From: Candidatus Levyibacteriota bacterium
GTDB taxonomy: Bacteria; Patescibacteriota; Microgenomatia; Levybacterales; UBA12049
DNA length: 64,000 nucleotides
Assembly (NCBI GenBank): GCA_017991775.1
Contig: JAGOPV010000001.1
Location: 20,869-84,868, forward strand
Direction of reading: 5' to 3'
Position 1 is the first letter of the stretch; each line of letters starts with the position of its first letter. The translations under genes were made by a program, and so were the position numbers. Under the pieces are notes generated by a model. It did no database searches. It was not told the DNA's origin and was given only the letters and a program-made list of their open reading frames with translations. Shown one piece after another: positions 38,727-48,798 of this stretch.

Positions 38727-40187
38727 CTAGGCAGTGTCTTCTTCAGTGGTCTTAAGAGTCGGAAAGAGCACAATTTCTTTTATCATCCAAGTATTGGTAA
38801 AGAACATTACCAGCCTATCGATACCAATTCCAATACCTCCCGTTGGAGCCATCCCATACTCCATTGCAGCTAAAAAGTCTTCATCGATCTTTTGCCCTTC
38901 GTCCATGTCTTTTCTGACCGCCTTGGTATCTGCCATAAATCTTTCTCTTTGCACTTGTGGATTTGTTAACTCAGACCAACCATCACAAATCTCTTTACCT
39001 CCAATATATCCTTCAAATCTCTCCACCCATCCTGGTTTTGATCGATGTTCTTTTGAAAGCGGACTTATCTCTACTGGATAGTCAATTATCCATGTCGGCT
39101 CAATAAGTAGCTCTGGAATAGTATGATCAAAGATTGCAAATATTAATTGACCTTTACTCTCTCCACCTAGTAGCTGCATACCAGGACATTTCGCCTTCGC
39201 ATAAGCAAGTAATGACTCCTCTGTCTCATTCTCCACATCGAGACCAAGTTTTTCTTTCATGATCACCGTCATCTCAATACGAGGCCATGCCTTTCCAATG
39301 TCAATAGTTTTCTCGTCTACCTGCATCGTCGTGTCACCATAGATTTTCTTTGAAAGATGTTTGAAAAGCCCCTCTGCAACATCCATTACCCGGTGATAAT
39401 CAGCATACGCCTCATACCACTCGATCATTGTGAACTCTGGAGAATGTGTTTGATCAATCCCCTCATTTCTAAAATCCTTTGCAATCTCATAGACTCTCTC
39501 ATACCCACCAATAATCAATCTCTTTAGATAAAGTTCAACGGCTATTCTAAGATAAACATCCTTATTGAGAGCATTAAGATGCGTGGTGAATGGTTTTGCA
39601 TTTGCACCACCATACTGTGCCTGAAGCGTTGGTGTCTCTACCTCCCAGAAATTAAGTCCATCAAGATACTCACGAACACCGCTCACTATTTTAGAGCGAA
39701 TATTGAACCTTTCACGTACTTCTGGATTGATCAGAAGATCAAGATAACGCTGACGATACCGTGTCTCAATATCCTTCAATCCAAACCATGAGCTTGGAAG
39801 CTGTCTAATAGATTTTGATAATAGAGTATAAGCAGTTGGAGCAATAGAGATTTCACCTGCAACTGTTTTCATGACCTCACCTTCAACGCCAATAATGTCG
39901 CCGATGTCTAGCAGGGATAGATTTTTAAAAGCTTCAACTCCCAAGAGATCTTTTCTGAAGAAAAGCTGGATCTTGCCACTCTCATCAACGAGATCAGCAA
40001 ACGCGATATTGCCGTGCTCACGAAATGAGAAGAGCTTGCCAGCTGACTTAACTACACTTCCTTCACTCGCCAAGGCCTGTGCCACCATATGAGTCTTATC
40101 ATACGAGTGCGCATAAGGATTCCAGCCAAGCGCTTTTATCTTTTCTAATTTTTCTTTTCTAATTTTAATTAATTCTGTATCGTCCAT
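38727..40187 (-). CDS. lysS: Lysyl-tRNA synthetase (class II)
   Basis: N-terminal OB anticodon-binding domain plus class II motifs 1-3 (..FRNEGIDQTHSPEFTMIEWY.., ..GGIGIGIDRLVM..). Confidence 0.9.
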   Translation of the reverse strand: MDDTELIKIRKEKLEKIKALGWNPYAHSYDKTHMVAQALASEGSVVKSAGKLFSFREHGNIAFADLVDESGKIQLFFRKDLLGVEAFKNLSLLDIGDIIGVEGEVMKTVAGEISIAPTAYTLLSKSIRQLPSSWFGLKDIETRYRQRYLDLLINPEVRERFNIRSKIVSGVREYLDGLNFWEVETPTLQAQYGGANAKPFTTHLNALNKDVYLRIAVELYLKRLIIGGYERVYEIAKDFRNEGIDQTHSPEFTMIEWYEAYADYHRVMDVAEGLFKHLSKKIYGDTTMQVDEKTIDIGKAWPRIEMTVIMKEKLGLDVENETEESLLAYAKAKCPGMQLLGGESKGQLIFAIFDHTIPELLIEPTWIIDYPVEISPLSKEHRSKPGWVERFEGYIGGKEICDGWSELTNPQVQRERFMADTKAVRKDMDEGQKIDEDFLAAMEYGMAPTGGIGIGIDRLVMFFTNTWMIKEIVLFPTLKTTEEDTA

Positions 40188-40233
40188 AGGTATATTTTAC
40201 TGTATCAATACCAAAAAACATAGTATCGATCAT

Positions 40234-41196
40234 CTACACTATTTTTTTTGCAAATCCTGACATAAAACTTATAGCCATCTTGCCCAAATCCTCAACATTA
40301 TATCCGCCCTCCTGGATGATGAGGGATGGCACATTAAGCCCTGCAATTTGATTGGCCATTTTTTTATAAAAAGGTATCGTAAGCTTAAATCCGCCTATTG
40401 GATCCTTCTCATAGGTATCAAATCCTAGGGAGATCACCAGAAAATCAGGCTGAAATTTCTTAACATTGTTAATTGCTTTCTCAAGCGTACCCATGTATGT
40501 CTCATCATTCACGCCAAGTGATAAAGGATAATTTTTAGTATACCCTAAGCCTAATCCTCTACCTCTCTCATTTGAAAATCCACTAATATAGGGAAATTTC
40601 ACTTTAGGATCTGCATGAATTGAGACGTATAGAATATCATCTCTATCATAGAACATTGCCTGAGTGCCATTCCCATGGTGAAAATCTACATCCAATATTG
40701 CGACTTTTCCCGTTTTGGAAAGATAGTTCGCGGCAATTGCAGCATTATTGAAATAACAGTATCCACCCATTGCATTGCACTCGGCATGATGCCCCGGTGG
40801 ACGACATAGTGCGTAGACTTGCGTATCTACGCCTCGAGCGATCATCTGAGCCCCTGTCAGCGCAACATCAACTGATGTGCGCGCTGCTTGATATGTGCCT
40901 TTTACAACTGGCGCATATGTATCTCTCATAAAATATGATGGATACAATATCTGATCTTTTTTAAGCAAGCTTGATCTGTCAGAGAGAAATTCAATGTATG
41001 CATCATGATGAAGACTGCGAATATTATTTATCGAAAATCTCTTCGGCATGATAAATTCATACCCACCGTCCTGTGTGATTGCGTCAACAATAGACTGCAG
41101 TCGCTCAGGCTTTTCAGCATATGACTCTCTTACCCCATCATATATCTCATATGAAGGGTTATGACTTAAATGTTTCTTTGTATAAATTACTTTCAT
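40234..41196 (-). CDS. Histone deacetylase-superfamily amidohydrolase (AcuC / acetylpolyamine amidohydrolase-like)
   Basis: Conserved RPPGHHA and DVDFHHGNGTQ motifs; 320 aa. Confidence 0.75.
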   Translation of the reverse strand: MKVIYTKKHLSHNPSYEIYDGVRESYAEKPERLQSIVDAITQDGGYEFIMPKRFSINNIRSLHHDAYIEFLSDRSSLLKKDQILYPSYFMRDTYAPVVKGTYQAARTSVDVALTGAQMIARGVDTQVYALCRPPGHHAECNAMGGYCYFNNAAIAANYLSKTGKVAILDVDFHHGNGTQAMFYDRDDILYVSIHADPKVKFPYISGFSNERGRGLGLGYTKNYPLSLGVNDETYMGTLEKAINNVKKFQPDFLVISLGFDTYEKDPIGGFKLTIPFYKKMANQIAGLNVPSLIIQEGGYNVEDLGKMAISFMSGFAKKIV

Positions 41197-41243
41197 GTTC
41201 GTACCTTTCTGCTCGCAAGCCGGCCGGACTTACAAGCAATAGA

Positions 41244-42314
41244 TTATTTTGCCCCCTCCTGAGAGCGTACTGCATTTACCATAAGAGCTGTCAGAGCTCT
41301 CGGATAAAGTGCATCAGATTCTGCCTTGCGAACTACATTTAAAGTAAAATCGCGCAGCAGCCCATCTGACATTTCTCCGTCATTTACCACGACGTTCTGT
41401 TCTAGAACCTGCTGAAATGTTCTCCCTGAGTATTCTCTTTCTGGAATACTAAACCCTGCTTTATATGCTGGGATATCAGATCGAGATCCAAAATTGCACT
41501 CTGCAACAATCGTTGGAAAATCGGAAAGATCTGTAAACACCTGTCCATTAAGAAATGCAATCGTCGCTGCATTAAGTCCCCGTCTTCTCATTGATGGATG
41601 AACTGCCCACTCAGTATTTTCAACTAAGCTGATTGGGCTCCCGTCACTTTCCCTGAACTGAAGACGCTCAGCTGTTGCCGCACTGACGAGCTTCCCTGTT
41701 GCCCTGTCAGAAATGCCGCTAAACCAAGTCTGACGATCATTGGGATCAACTCCGTCCTGAGCATGTAGTGTGTTCTGCAACGCAACAATTCCCTCCCTTG
41801 TCCAACCAAACGTATTCCCCCACAGCTCGTGGAGATCGCTAATCTGGGCATCTCGAATATTTGTTTGCAGATCAAAATTTGGGAAAACTGGCGCATAAAG
41901 CTCGACCACTCCCTCAGCTCTAGCTCTTGAACTTGTCAGATCTGTCTCACGTATTATATTCTCAACTGAGTGAAGTGGCACTCTATCCTCTCGATTCTTC
42001 GCGAGTCCGATCAGCCAAAGATCATCTGTCCTTGTTCCTTCAAGCTGAAATGCTATCTCAATATCGTCCAAAATAGTATCATCTGTTTGAGCAGCCTCTC
42101 TTAAGACTTCTCCGTTAATCAAGCTGCGAAATACCGCTCTACTCCTATCCTCATGATCTGAAACCTCTTTCAGCATCTCAAAGCCTTCTACGAGTTCGTG
42201 CAATTCTGATACTGGACCATATTGATATGTCCAGTATGCCCTCTCATCGCTTCTCTGCACGTCTACTCCTAGCGCTCCGACGCTTGATATCATACCTGTT
42301 TCATTTTCTATCAT
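41244..42314 (-). CDS. Hypothetical protein with possible C-terminal GNAT-like acetyltransferase motif, in a GC-rich (~50%) segment
   Basis: HPSMRRRGLNAATIAFL resembles GNAT motif A (R-x-x-G-x-A). The N-terminal ~200 aa were not recognised. GC is higher than in the neighbours. Confidence 0.35.
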   Translation of the reverse strand: MIENETGMISSVGALGVDVQRSDERAYWTYQYGPVSELHELVEGFEMLKEVSDHEDRSRAVFRSLINGEVLREAAQTDDTILDDIEIAFQLEGTRTDDLWLIGLAKNREDRVPLHSVENIIRETDLTSSRARAEGVVELYAPVFPNFDLQTNIRDAQISDLHELWGNTFGWTREGIVALQNTLHAQDGVDPNDRQTWFSGISDRATGKLVSAATAERLQFRESDGSPISLVENTEWAVHPSMRRRGLNAATIAFLNGQVFTDLSDFPTIVAECNFGSRSDIPAYKAGFSIPEREYSGRTFQQVLEQNVVVNDGEMSDGLLRDFTLNVVRKAESDALYPRALTALMVNAVRSQEGAK

Positions 42315-42339
42315 AATTTATATACACCTCCTTTCCCAC

Positions 42340-42362
42340 AAAAAAACCCCTCTTTCAAGGGG
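42340..42362 (-). terminator. Rho-independent terminator downstream of murB (minus strand)
   Basis: On the minus strand a CCCCTTGAAAGAGGGG hairpin is followed by TTTTTTT (plus strand reads aaaaaaaCCCCTCTTTCAAGGGG). Confidence 0.55.
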
Positions 42363-42485
42363 TCTATTTCACACGAAAAAGAGCCCCTCTTACGAGAAGT
42401 TCTTTTTTGACTTAGATGAAATTATTTGTGTTCGCATAGGTTTACTAAAAGTGATTATCATAAATATCTCTGATTTTGTCAAGAA

Positions 42486-43442
42486 CTACTCAATAACAAC
42501 TTCAGGTTCGGGCACAAATCCGAACGTTTTTTCAAATGAATTTGAGATCTCATGTATTAATTCTTTGACATCCTCTGCTCTAGCATGATCAACATTACTA
42601 ATATAGTTTGCATGCTTTTCAGATACCTGTGCTCCGCCGATTCTCTTACCTGCAAAGCCAAGTCTATTAATAACATATCCTACTGCGATCTTTCCATGCC
42701 ACTTTGTCTCAGACTGCTCCCTAATATCTGGCCAAACAGCAATGATTTTTTGAACATGGGCAGTATCAACGATATTCTTAAAGACAGACCCGCACGATGG
42801 ATATTCCAACGGGTGATTCTTTTTTCTATATAAAATATTTGCATCATAAACCTCTTGTGCTTTTACAATCTCATCTGGTGTAGCCTTTTTCAGCTGAAAT
42901 GTTACTGACACAATCACCGAATCTGGGTGATGTTTAAAAAAACTGTCTCTATACCCAAACTCACATTCCTCATGTGAATATTCTTTCACCTGCATTTCGG
43001 GGTCTGACATATTTACCGCCTTAACCAAGAGAACGGTATCTTTAATTTCTGAACCAAAGCACCCTGCATTACCCCGTACTGCACCTCCCACGCTACTAGG
43101 TAGACCACCCGCCCACTCAAGTCCTATGAGCTCATTGTCAAAAGAAAATTTAATCAAACTATTAAATGCCTCACCTGCAAAGGAAGTAATGCTATCTTCA
43201 TAGACCTCAAAGCTTGATCCGTCTCCATTGAGCCAGAGGGTGATACCTGTAAAAGGCTGATCTGGAATAAGAAGGTTGGCACCCAGGCTAAGTACCCTAA
43301 CTGGGAACTCACTATGCTCATGCACAAATCGAAATGCGTCCTTAATATCTGCGGCATTATTTACCTCAAGAAGAAATCTTGTTGTTCCTCCGATTTTGTA
43401 GAACGCTATTGTCGATAAATCAACATTTTCTAAAACTTTCAT
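42486..43442 (-). CDS. murB: UDP-N-acetylenolpyruvoylglucosamine reductase MurB
   Basis: FAD-binding N-domain (..KIGGTTRFLLEV.. LGANLLIPD) and C-terminal MurB domain; 318 aa. Confidence 0.85.
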   Translation of the reverse strand: MKVLENVDLSTIAFYKIGGTTRFLLEVNNAADIKDAFRFVHEHSEFPVRVLSLGANLLIPDQPFTGITLWLNGDGSSFEVYEDSITSFAGEAFNSLIKFSFDNELIGLEWAGGLPSSVGGAVRGNAGCFGSEIKDTVLLVKAVNMSDPEMQVKEYSHEECEFGYRDSFFKHHPDSVIVSVTFQLKKATPDEIVKAQEVYDANILYRKKNHPLEYPSCGSVFKNIVDTAHVQKIIAVWPDIREQSETKWHGKIAVGYVINRLGFAGKRIGGAQVSEKHANYISNVDHARAEDVKELIHEISNSFEKTFGFVPEPEVVIE

Positions 43443-43481
43443 GATTAATCAGAGTATAAACGAAAAAGAGGATCTTTAATA

Positions 43482-43949
43482 CTATTTAACGGAGACGACG
43501 GTATAGATAATTTTTCCTGCTGGAGCCTGAACTTCAACTGATTCTCCAACTTTTTTACCCATCAGCGCCTTGCCAAGAGGTGACTCATGCGAGATCTTCT
43601 TCTCTGCTGGATCTGCCTCCCACTCACCAACAACTCTATATATCTCATGAGTGTCGTCAATTTTAAGCGTTACTTCAGATCCAAGATCAACAGCTGATGA
43701 ACTCGTCTTTGTATCTTCAATTAAAGTTACCTGTTTTAACATCTCCTCAAGCTCATCGATTCTTCCATCGATGAATGCAAGCTCTTCTCGAGCAGCAACA
43801 TACTCAGCGTTCTCAGAGAGATCGCCTTGATTGCGAGCATCAGTTACGCGAGTAACGACCTCTGGTCTCTTAACCTTAGAAAGCTCATCATGCTCTTTCT
43901 GAAGATCTACGAGACCGTTTTTTGTGAGATAAATTTTCTTTGAATCCAT
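43482..43949 (-). CDS. greA: Transcription elongation factor GreA
   Basis: N-terminal coiled-coil with acidic tip (DLSENAEY) and a C-terminal FKBP-like domain; 155 aa. Confidence 0.9.
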   Translation of the reverse strand: MDSKKIYLTKNGLVDLQKEHDELSKVKRPEVVTRVTDARNQGDLSENAEYVAAREELAFIDGRIDELEEMLKQVTLIEDTKTSSSAVDLGSEVTLKIDDTHEIYRVVGEWEADPAEKKISHESPLGKALMGKKVGESVEVQAPAGKIIYTVVSVK

Positions 43950-43957
43950 AGTATTTA

Positions 43958-43986
43958 ATAAAAATTCTCTCCTGCAAAGGAGAGAG
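43958..43986 (-). terminator. Probable intrinsic terminator after the nucleotidyltransferase gene (minus strand)
   Basis: On the minus strand a CTCTCTCC-tttgca-GGAGAGA hairpin is followed by AATTTTTATT. Confidence 0.4.
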
Positions 43987-44054
43987 CTTTGAATTGATTT
44001 TCAGTGAAAGTATATGGAAAATACAGACCCTTGTCAATAACTTATAGAATATAC

Positions 44055-44906
44055 TTATAGGAGTCCACCTGCTTTTTTATAACGCTGCATGATACTATTA
44101 TTCCTCTTCTTTGGATAGAAAAATAGGGTGTGCAGGCTTGTCTGACTATCACCAGCATGAAGGTTCATAAAGTACTTTGAGGCATATTTGATAATAATTT
44201 CTAAAGGATCAAAAATTCTTTCGAATAGACTTTGCCTAGTCTCTTTCATCGTCTGAAAACGTTTTCCAGCTTGGCAGATATAGCTATATACCCATGTGTT
44301 TGCATTCAAGAAATCAGAGTAGCAAGAGTCCCTACTAAACAATGGGATCATTTGAGCGATCTCTCTTGCCGTGTAGATGTTTTGCCTTTCTCCAAAACTG
44401 CCCATCCCGTCTCTATCACAAAACATGTTTAGACAAATTCTATTTCTTACCTCGCTTGAGTTCCTCTTCCTTCGAACACCGACTGCTGAGAGAAAACAAA
44501 GAGCAAGGGCTCTTGTAAGAAAAAGCGAACCCGTCTTAGTAACAATAAGAAAATCTATATCATCATCCCCGGGATTCCCCGCAGCAACGCTCCCTGTCAG
44601 ACCGATAAGGTAAATGCTGGGAATATGGGCGAGGATGCGGGCCGCCCTCCTTGCAAGTATGAGCTTTTCTTCATAGAGGCTTTTCCTTTCTTTGCGCATC
44701 GGGATTAATTTATCTTGTCCAATGAGAGCGATATATCCATCTTTCTGAACAATCTCATGTGATAGTTTATTGAGAAGTGAATCAAGCGCATCTTTTGAAA
44801 TTACCTTATCTGTATGCAAAAAGTAATAAAGCTCATCTCTAGTAAGTGGTGTTGAGAAAATTGAGCTGTAGGCAAGAGTGTCAATAACTGCCTGTCTATT
44901 GCCCAT
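44055..44906 (-). CDS. Pol-beta-superfamily nucleotidyltransferase domain protein
   Basis: GS..D.D signature (GLTGSVAAGNPGDDDIDFLIV). The track ORF starts at 44999; 44906 (MGNRQ) is an alternative start. Either start overlaps the upstream gene. Confidence 0.5.
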   Translation of the reverse strand: MGNRQAVIDTLAYSSIFSTPLTRDELYYFLHTDKVISKDALDSLLNKLSHEIVQKDGYIALIGQDKLIPMRKERKSLYEEKLILARRAARILAHIPSIYLIGLTGSVAAGNPGDDDIDFLIVTKTGSLFLTRALALCFLSAVGVRRKRNSSEVRNRICLNMFCDRDGMGSFGERQNIYTAREIAQMIPLFSRDSCYSDFLNANTWVYSYICQAGKRFQTMKETRQSLFERIFDPLEIIIKYASKYFMNLHAGDSQTSLHTLFFYPKKRNNSIMQRYKKAGGLL

Positions 44907-46383
44907 ACTGTGTGAGGACTTGAAGAACACCTTGAGTGAGAGTCTCAATGGATGACTCTGAAGAAACATTCCCTCTAACTGCATTTCCAAGATATCCATT
45001 CATTTGAGCATTAATACCATCATCTGAAGTGTCGCTTGAGAAATATGATGAAGTCGCATATGAAGCCTGGGCAACAAATGGGGCAACCAATGGATTGGAT
45101 GCTAACGAACTTGCAAGATCACTTCGAGGATATGGTTCGCCAAAGAGTCGGGTCTTAGCAACTTCTGAATAGAATTTTTGCAAAGTCTCTTTTTTTGCAA
45201 GATATTGCATAAAAAGCATTGCCTCTCTTTGATGAAGACTCTTTGCCGAAACTCCCTCTGCCCAGTAACTCGCGATTGCCAGCTTTCTTTCTGGAAGATT
45301 TGGTACTGGATGTGTCGTAAAATCTAGATCAGGGCTCATTGCCTTAATCGCAAATACATCCCAGGAATATCCAAAATACATAGCGAGATTTCCCTTAGCA
45401 AAAGCAGTTAGTGAAGGGTCCATACTAGTATCCCAAGAATTTCCCTCATCTCGAGCAAACGATGTATAGAATTCGAGTGCTTGTGCAGAAGCTGCTTGAG
45501 TCTTAGCAAAATTAGAAAAATCAGCACCATTTTGTGCCATCAAGAGTGCGATGATGTCTGGTGCATGAGCGATATTGTCATACGTCCCTAATGCTGCTCC
45601 TGATGTTTTTATGACACCTGATTGATCTTTTACTGTAAGATTCTTGGCAATTTGTACAAACTCATCCCATGTCTGCGGAACTGAGTAGCCTGAAGCTTTG
45701 AACATTTCAGTATTAACATAAAGCGAAAGCGTATCTACTCCAAGTGGAAGACCATATAAAGCACCATTACGCACCATATCTTGTTGGACTACTGAGAAAT
45801 AATTCTTCTTAAAATCATCAGGGGGCACCACGCTATCTGAAAGTGGCGACAGATAGTCTTTCATCATCCCCGTCCACGAGTTATGGAACCGATAAATATC
45901 AGGACCATTTCCGTTGGAAATTTGCGTTACCAAGCTTTTCCTATAGTTATCAATATCCTTCTTCACATATGTCACAGAGATTGTAGGATTTGCCTTGTGA
46001 AAATCATTGATGAGAACATTCATCACTTGCGGATCTTCAAATAGACCCCAGTAGGTTAAAGTCACATTCCCAGCAGGCTTCTCCTTACTGCCTCTTGAGA
46101 AGACAAATACTGCTAATAGAGCCATAATAATAATCGCAACAACTCCTATTAGGATATATTTCAATTTTCCAGCTAAAAATGAATCAGGAGGTGGCGGTGG
46201 GAGCGGTGTAACAGATGAAACTGGTGGTTGCTCAACCTGCGGAGATGCTGGAGCTGCCTGTACCACTGGTTCCTGTGGCGCTTCTACTGCTTTTTCAGGG
46301 CCATATACACCCGTAACTACTTCCTGAACTGGTGCAGGTGCCTGGGGGGCTGTTTCTTTACTGAATAATACTTTTTCGTCCAT
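44896..46383 (-). CDS. Membrane-anchored extracellular solute-binding protein (ABC transporter SBP family 1-like)
   Basis: A P/A/Q-rich N-terminus and TM helix are followed by a sugar-type SBP fold (..TLTYWGLFEDPQ.. NGNGPDIYRFHNSW ..). Confidence 0.55.
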   Translation of the reverse strand: MDEKVLFSKETAPQAPAPVQEVVTGVYGPEKAVEAPQEPVVQAAPASPQVEQPPVSSVTPLPPPPPDSFLAGKLKYILIGVVAIIIMALLAVFVFSRGSKEKPAGNVTLTYWGLFEDPQVMNVLINDFHKANPTISVTYVKKDIDNYRKSLVTQISNGNGPDIYRFHNSWTGMMKDYLSPLSDSVVPPDDFKKNYFSVVQQDMVRNGALYGLPLGVDTLSLYVNTEMFKASGYSVPQTWDEFVQIAKNLTVKDQSGVIKTSGAALGTYDNIAHAPDIIALLMAQNGADFSNFAKTQAASAQALEFYTSFARDEGNSWDTSMDPSLTAFAKGNLAMYFGYSWDVFAIKAMSPDLDFTTHPVPNLPERKLAIASYWAEGVSAKSLHQREAMLFMQYLAKKETLQKFYSEVAKTRLFGEPYPRSDLASSLASNPLVAPFVAQASYATSSYFSSDTSDDGINAQMNGYLGNAVRGNVSSESSIETLTQGVLQVLTQYGQ

Positions 46384-46432
46384 AGACTCACTAATTATAG
46401 TATAATATCACCTATAAGCCTCGCAAACGCAT

Positions 46433-47869
46433 ATGAAAAATTCCGCAGTCTCAAAAATTTTTTCTAGTCTCAAAAAAGCACGCCCTGTCATACATACCTG
46501 TCTTTGGTTCCTACTTGGTGCATGCATCGGACTCTTCTTTTTTGCTAGCTTTGTTTATATCTATTTTAAGCATACTTATGATAACAAGGTTTATCCTGGT
46601 GTAAGTGTCAGCTCAATCGAGCTCGGTGGAAAAACTCAGGACGAGGTTGCGGCATACTTCTCTAAACTAAATGAGCCTCTCCAGAAGAAGCGAATTGTCT
46701 TTACCGCAAATGAAAAATCTGCAACTGTCTCTGCAAAAGAGCTCGAAATTGGTTACGATGAAAAACTGCTAGCAAAACAGGCATTCAGCATTGGTAGGAG
46801 TGGCAATTTCTTTACCGATAGCTATCTTAGCCTTACATCCTACCTTAAGGGAATAGAACTATCCCCCGCCTATCACTTCTCAAGTAAAACACTCGACCCA
46901 ATCATTAGAGATTTTGAGGAGGCAATCAATATTGCGCCAGTCGATGCTCGCTTTGAGTTTAAAGATGGAAGAGTCACTGAGTTCACGACTGCAAAGAACG
47001 GAAGAAGGATTAACCCAGACGACATTGTCTCCTATATCAATGAAAAAGCGGTGCCAACATTAATACAAACCGACACTTTAACGCTAACAGTTCCCATCAA
47101 AGTTGAGGTCCTCAAACCGGATGTCACCGAGAATGAGGCAAATAAAATGGGGATAACTGAAAGAATTAGCGTTGGAACATCTCTATTCTTTGGCTCTATT
47201 GAGAATAGAATTTACAATCTAACTCTTGCATCATCTCGACTCAACGGCGTTCTAGTCAAACCTGGTGAAGAATTTTCCTTTAACAAGACTATTGGCGATA
47301 TATCTTCCCTAACTGGATATAAGCAGGCTTATGTCATTCAAAATGGTAAAACTATACTTGGAGATGGTGGGGGTGTTTGCCAAGTCTCAACAACTCTATT
47401 CAGAGCACTTCTCAACGCTGGTCTCCCCATTATTGAGAGAAATCAACACGCATACAGAGTTCATTATTATGAGGATGACCTTGGACCTGGAATTGATGCT
47501 GCTATCTATACTCCCACTATTGACCTTAAGTTTAGGAATGATACAGGCAACTATATTCTGATCCAAACATCTGTTGATCGAGCGAATATGAAGTTAACAT
47601 ATGAACTCTATGGAACAAGTGATGGAAGAGTTGCCAATATCTCCAAACCAGTTATAGTCTCACAATCGCCAGCACCAGAGCCAGTCTACCAAGATGATCC
47701 AACACTGCCAGTGGGACAAGTTAAGCAGATTGATTTTGCTGCAAGCGGCGCAGTTGTCTATTTCACTTACAAAGTAACAAGGGACGGAGAGGTGCTTTCA
47801 GATAAAAAATTCAATTCGAATTATAGACCCTGGCAGGCTATCTTCCTACGAGGTACGAAACCTGTCTAG
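46433..47869 (+). CDS. VanW-family protein
   Basis: N-terminal TM anchor and a C-terminal VanW domain (GDGGGVCQVSTTLFRALLNAGLPIIER..YYEDDLGPG). Confidence 0.75.
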   Translation: MKNSAVSKIFSSLKKARPVIHTCLWFLLGACIGLFFFASFVYIYFKHTYDNKVYPGVSVSSIELGGKTQDEVAAYFSKLNEPLQKKRIVFTANEKSATVSAKELEIGYDEKLLAKQAFSIGRSGNFFTDSYLSLTSYLKGIELSPAYHFSSKTLDPIIRDFEEAINIAPVDARFEFKDGRVTEFTTAKNGRRINPDDIVSYINEKAVPTLIQTDTLTLTVPIKVEVLKPDVTENEANKMGITERISVGTSLFFGSIENRIYNLTLASSRLNGVLVKPGEEFSFNKTIGDISSLTGYKQAYVIQNGKTILGDGGGVCQVSTTLFRALLNAGLPIIERNQHAYRVHYYEDDLGPGIDAAIYTPTIDLKFRNDTGNYILIQTSVDRANMKLTYELYGTSDGRVANISKPVIVSQSPAPEPVYQDDPTLPVGQVKQIDFAASGAVVYFTYKVTRDGEVLSDKKFNSNYRPWQAIFLRGTKPV

Positions 47870-47872
47870 AAA

Positions 47873-48343
47873 ATGGAACACATTTATTCATTAGACAATA
47901 TCAAAGAACTTCAATCCTCAATTCTAAACCTCTCGAGTGTCGTGCTTGCCGGAGGATGCTTTGACATACTTCATCCTGGTCATATAGCTTTTCTTAAAGC
48001 GGCACTCGCACAAGGAGATACGCTCATCATACTTCTTGAATCTGATGAGCAGATTAAAAAATCTAAGGGAGAAGGTAGACCCATTAATTCACAGGCAGTT
48101 CGAGCAGAAAATCTTATCTCGAAGACATCGGCAACTGATATTATTTTACTTGAAGGCTCACCTAGCGACAGGGAGTATGACAAAATTGTAACTTTATTAA
48201 AACCTGCTATAATCGCAACTACAGAAAATGACCCTTATAAATACCATAAGGAAAGACAGGCTGGGCTGATAGGTGCATCTGTCAAAGAAGTAATCAAAAG
48301 GTTGGAGGACTACTCAACAACAAAAATTTTAGAAGAATTATGA
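47873..48343 (+). CDS. Cytidylyltransferase-like nucleotidyltransferase (HxGH family; TagD/RfaE-domain-II/RibL-like)
   Basis: LAGGCFDILHPGHIAFL (GxFDxxHxGH motif); 156 aa. Confidence 0.6.
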   Translation: MEHIYSLDNIKELQSSILNLSSVVLAGGCFDILHPGHIAFLKAALAQGDTLIILLESDEQIKKSKGEGRPINSQAVRAENLISKTSATDIILLEGSPSDREYDKIVTLLKPAIIATTENDPYKYHKERQAGLIGASVKEVIKRLEDYSTTKILEEL

Positions 48344-48798
48344 CAAAGTTTATAATCGGATTTATCATACTCATCGCTGTAATCGCACTAGGATTTACGC
48401 TAATTCAAAAAGGCGGAATTCTAGGAAAGAAAACAACTGTGACCTTTGGCAAAGAAAAACTTACGCTGGATGTCGCTGACACTGAGAAGAAAAGACAACT
48501 AGGACTTTCATCAAGGAGATCCCTTGGAAAAAATGACGGCATGCTCTTTGTATTCCCGACCTCAGACTATCCAACATTTTGGATGAAAGGCATGTCATTT
48601 CCAATAGATATTATTTTCCTAAACGAAAAGAAGGTGGTTACAATTTATAAAAATGTTCCTGCACCAAAAACAACATCCGAAACACCAACGACAACCTATA
48701 CCCCATCCTCACCTTCAGACAGAGTGATTGAGCTTAAAGCAGGGAGAGTAGATGAATTAGGAATCAAGACTGGAGACTCCATCTCGATCCCTCTATGA
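48340..48798 (+). CDS. DUF192 (COG1430) family secreted protein
   Basis: Signal anchor plus ..GLSSRRSLGKNDGMLFVFPTSDYPTFWMKGMSFPIDIIFLNEKKVV.., characteristic of DUF192. It overlaps both neighbours by 4 nt. Confidence 0.6.
   Translation: MTKFIIGFIILIAVIALGFTLIQKGGILGKKTTVTFGKEKLTLDVADTEKKRQLGLSSRRSLGKNDGMLFVFPTSDYPTFWMKGMSFPIDIIFLNEKKVVTIYKNVPAPKTTSETPTTTYTPSSPSDRVIELKAGRVDELGIKTGDSISIPL

Noticed and set aside
44055-44999. CBASS-type CD-NTase defence system
   Set aside because: There is no adjacent effector or ancillary genes, and the motif evidence is generic to Pol-beta nucleotidyltransferases.
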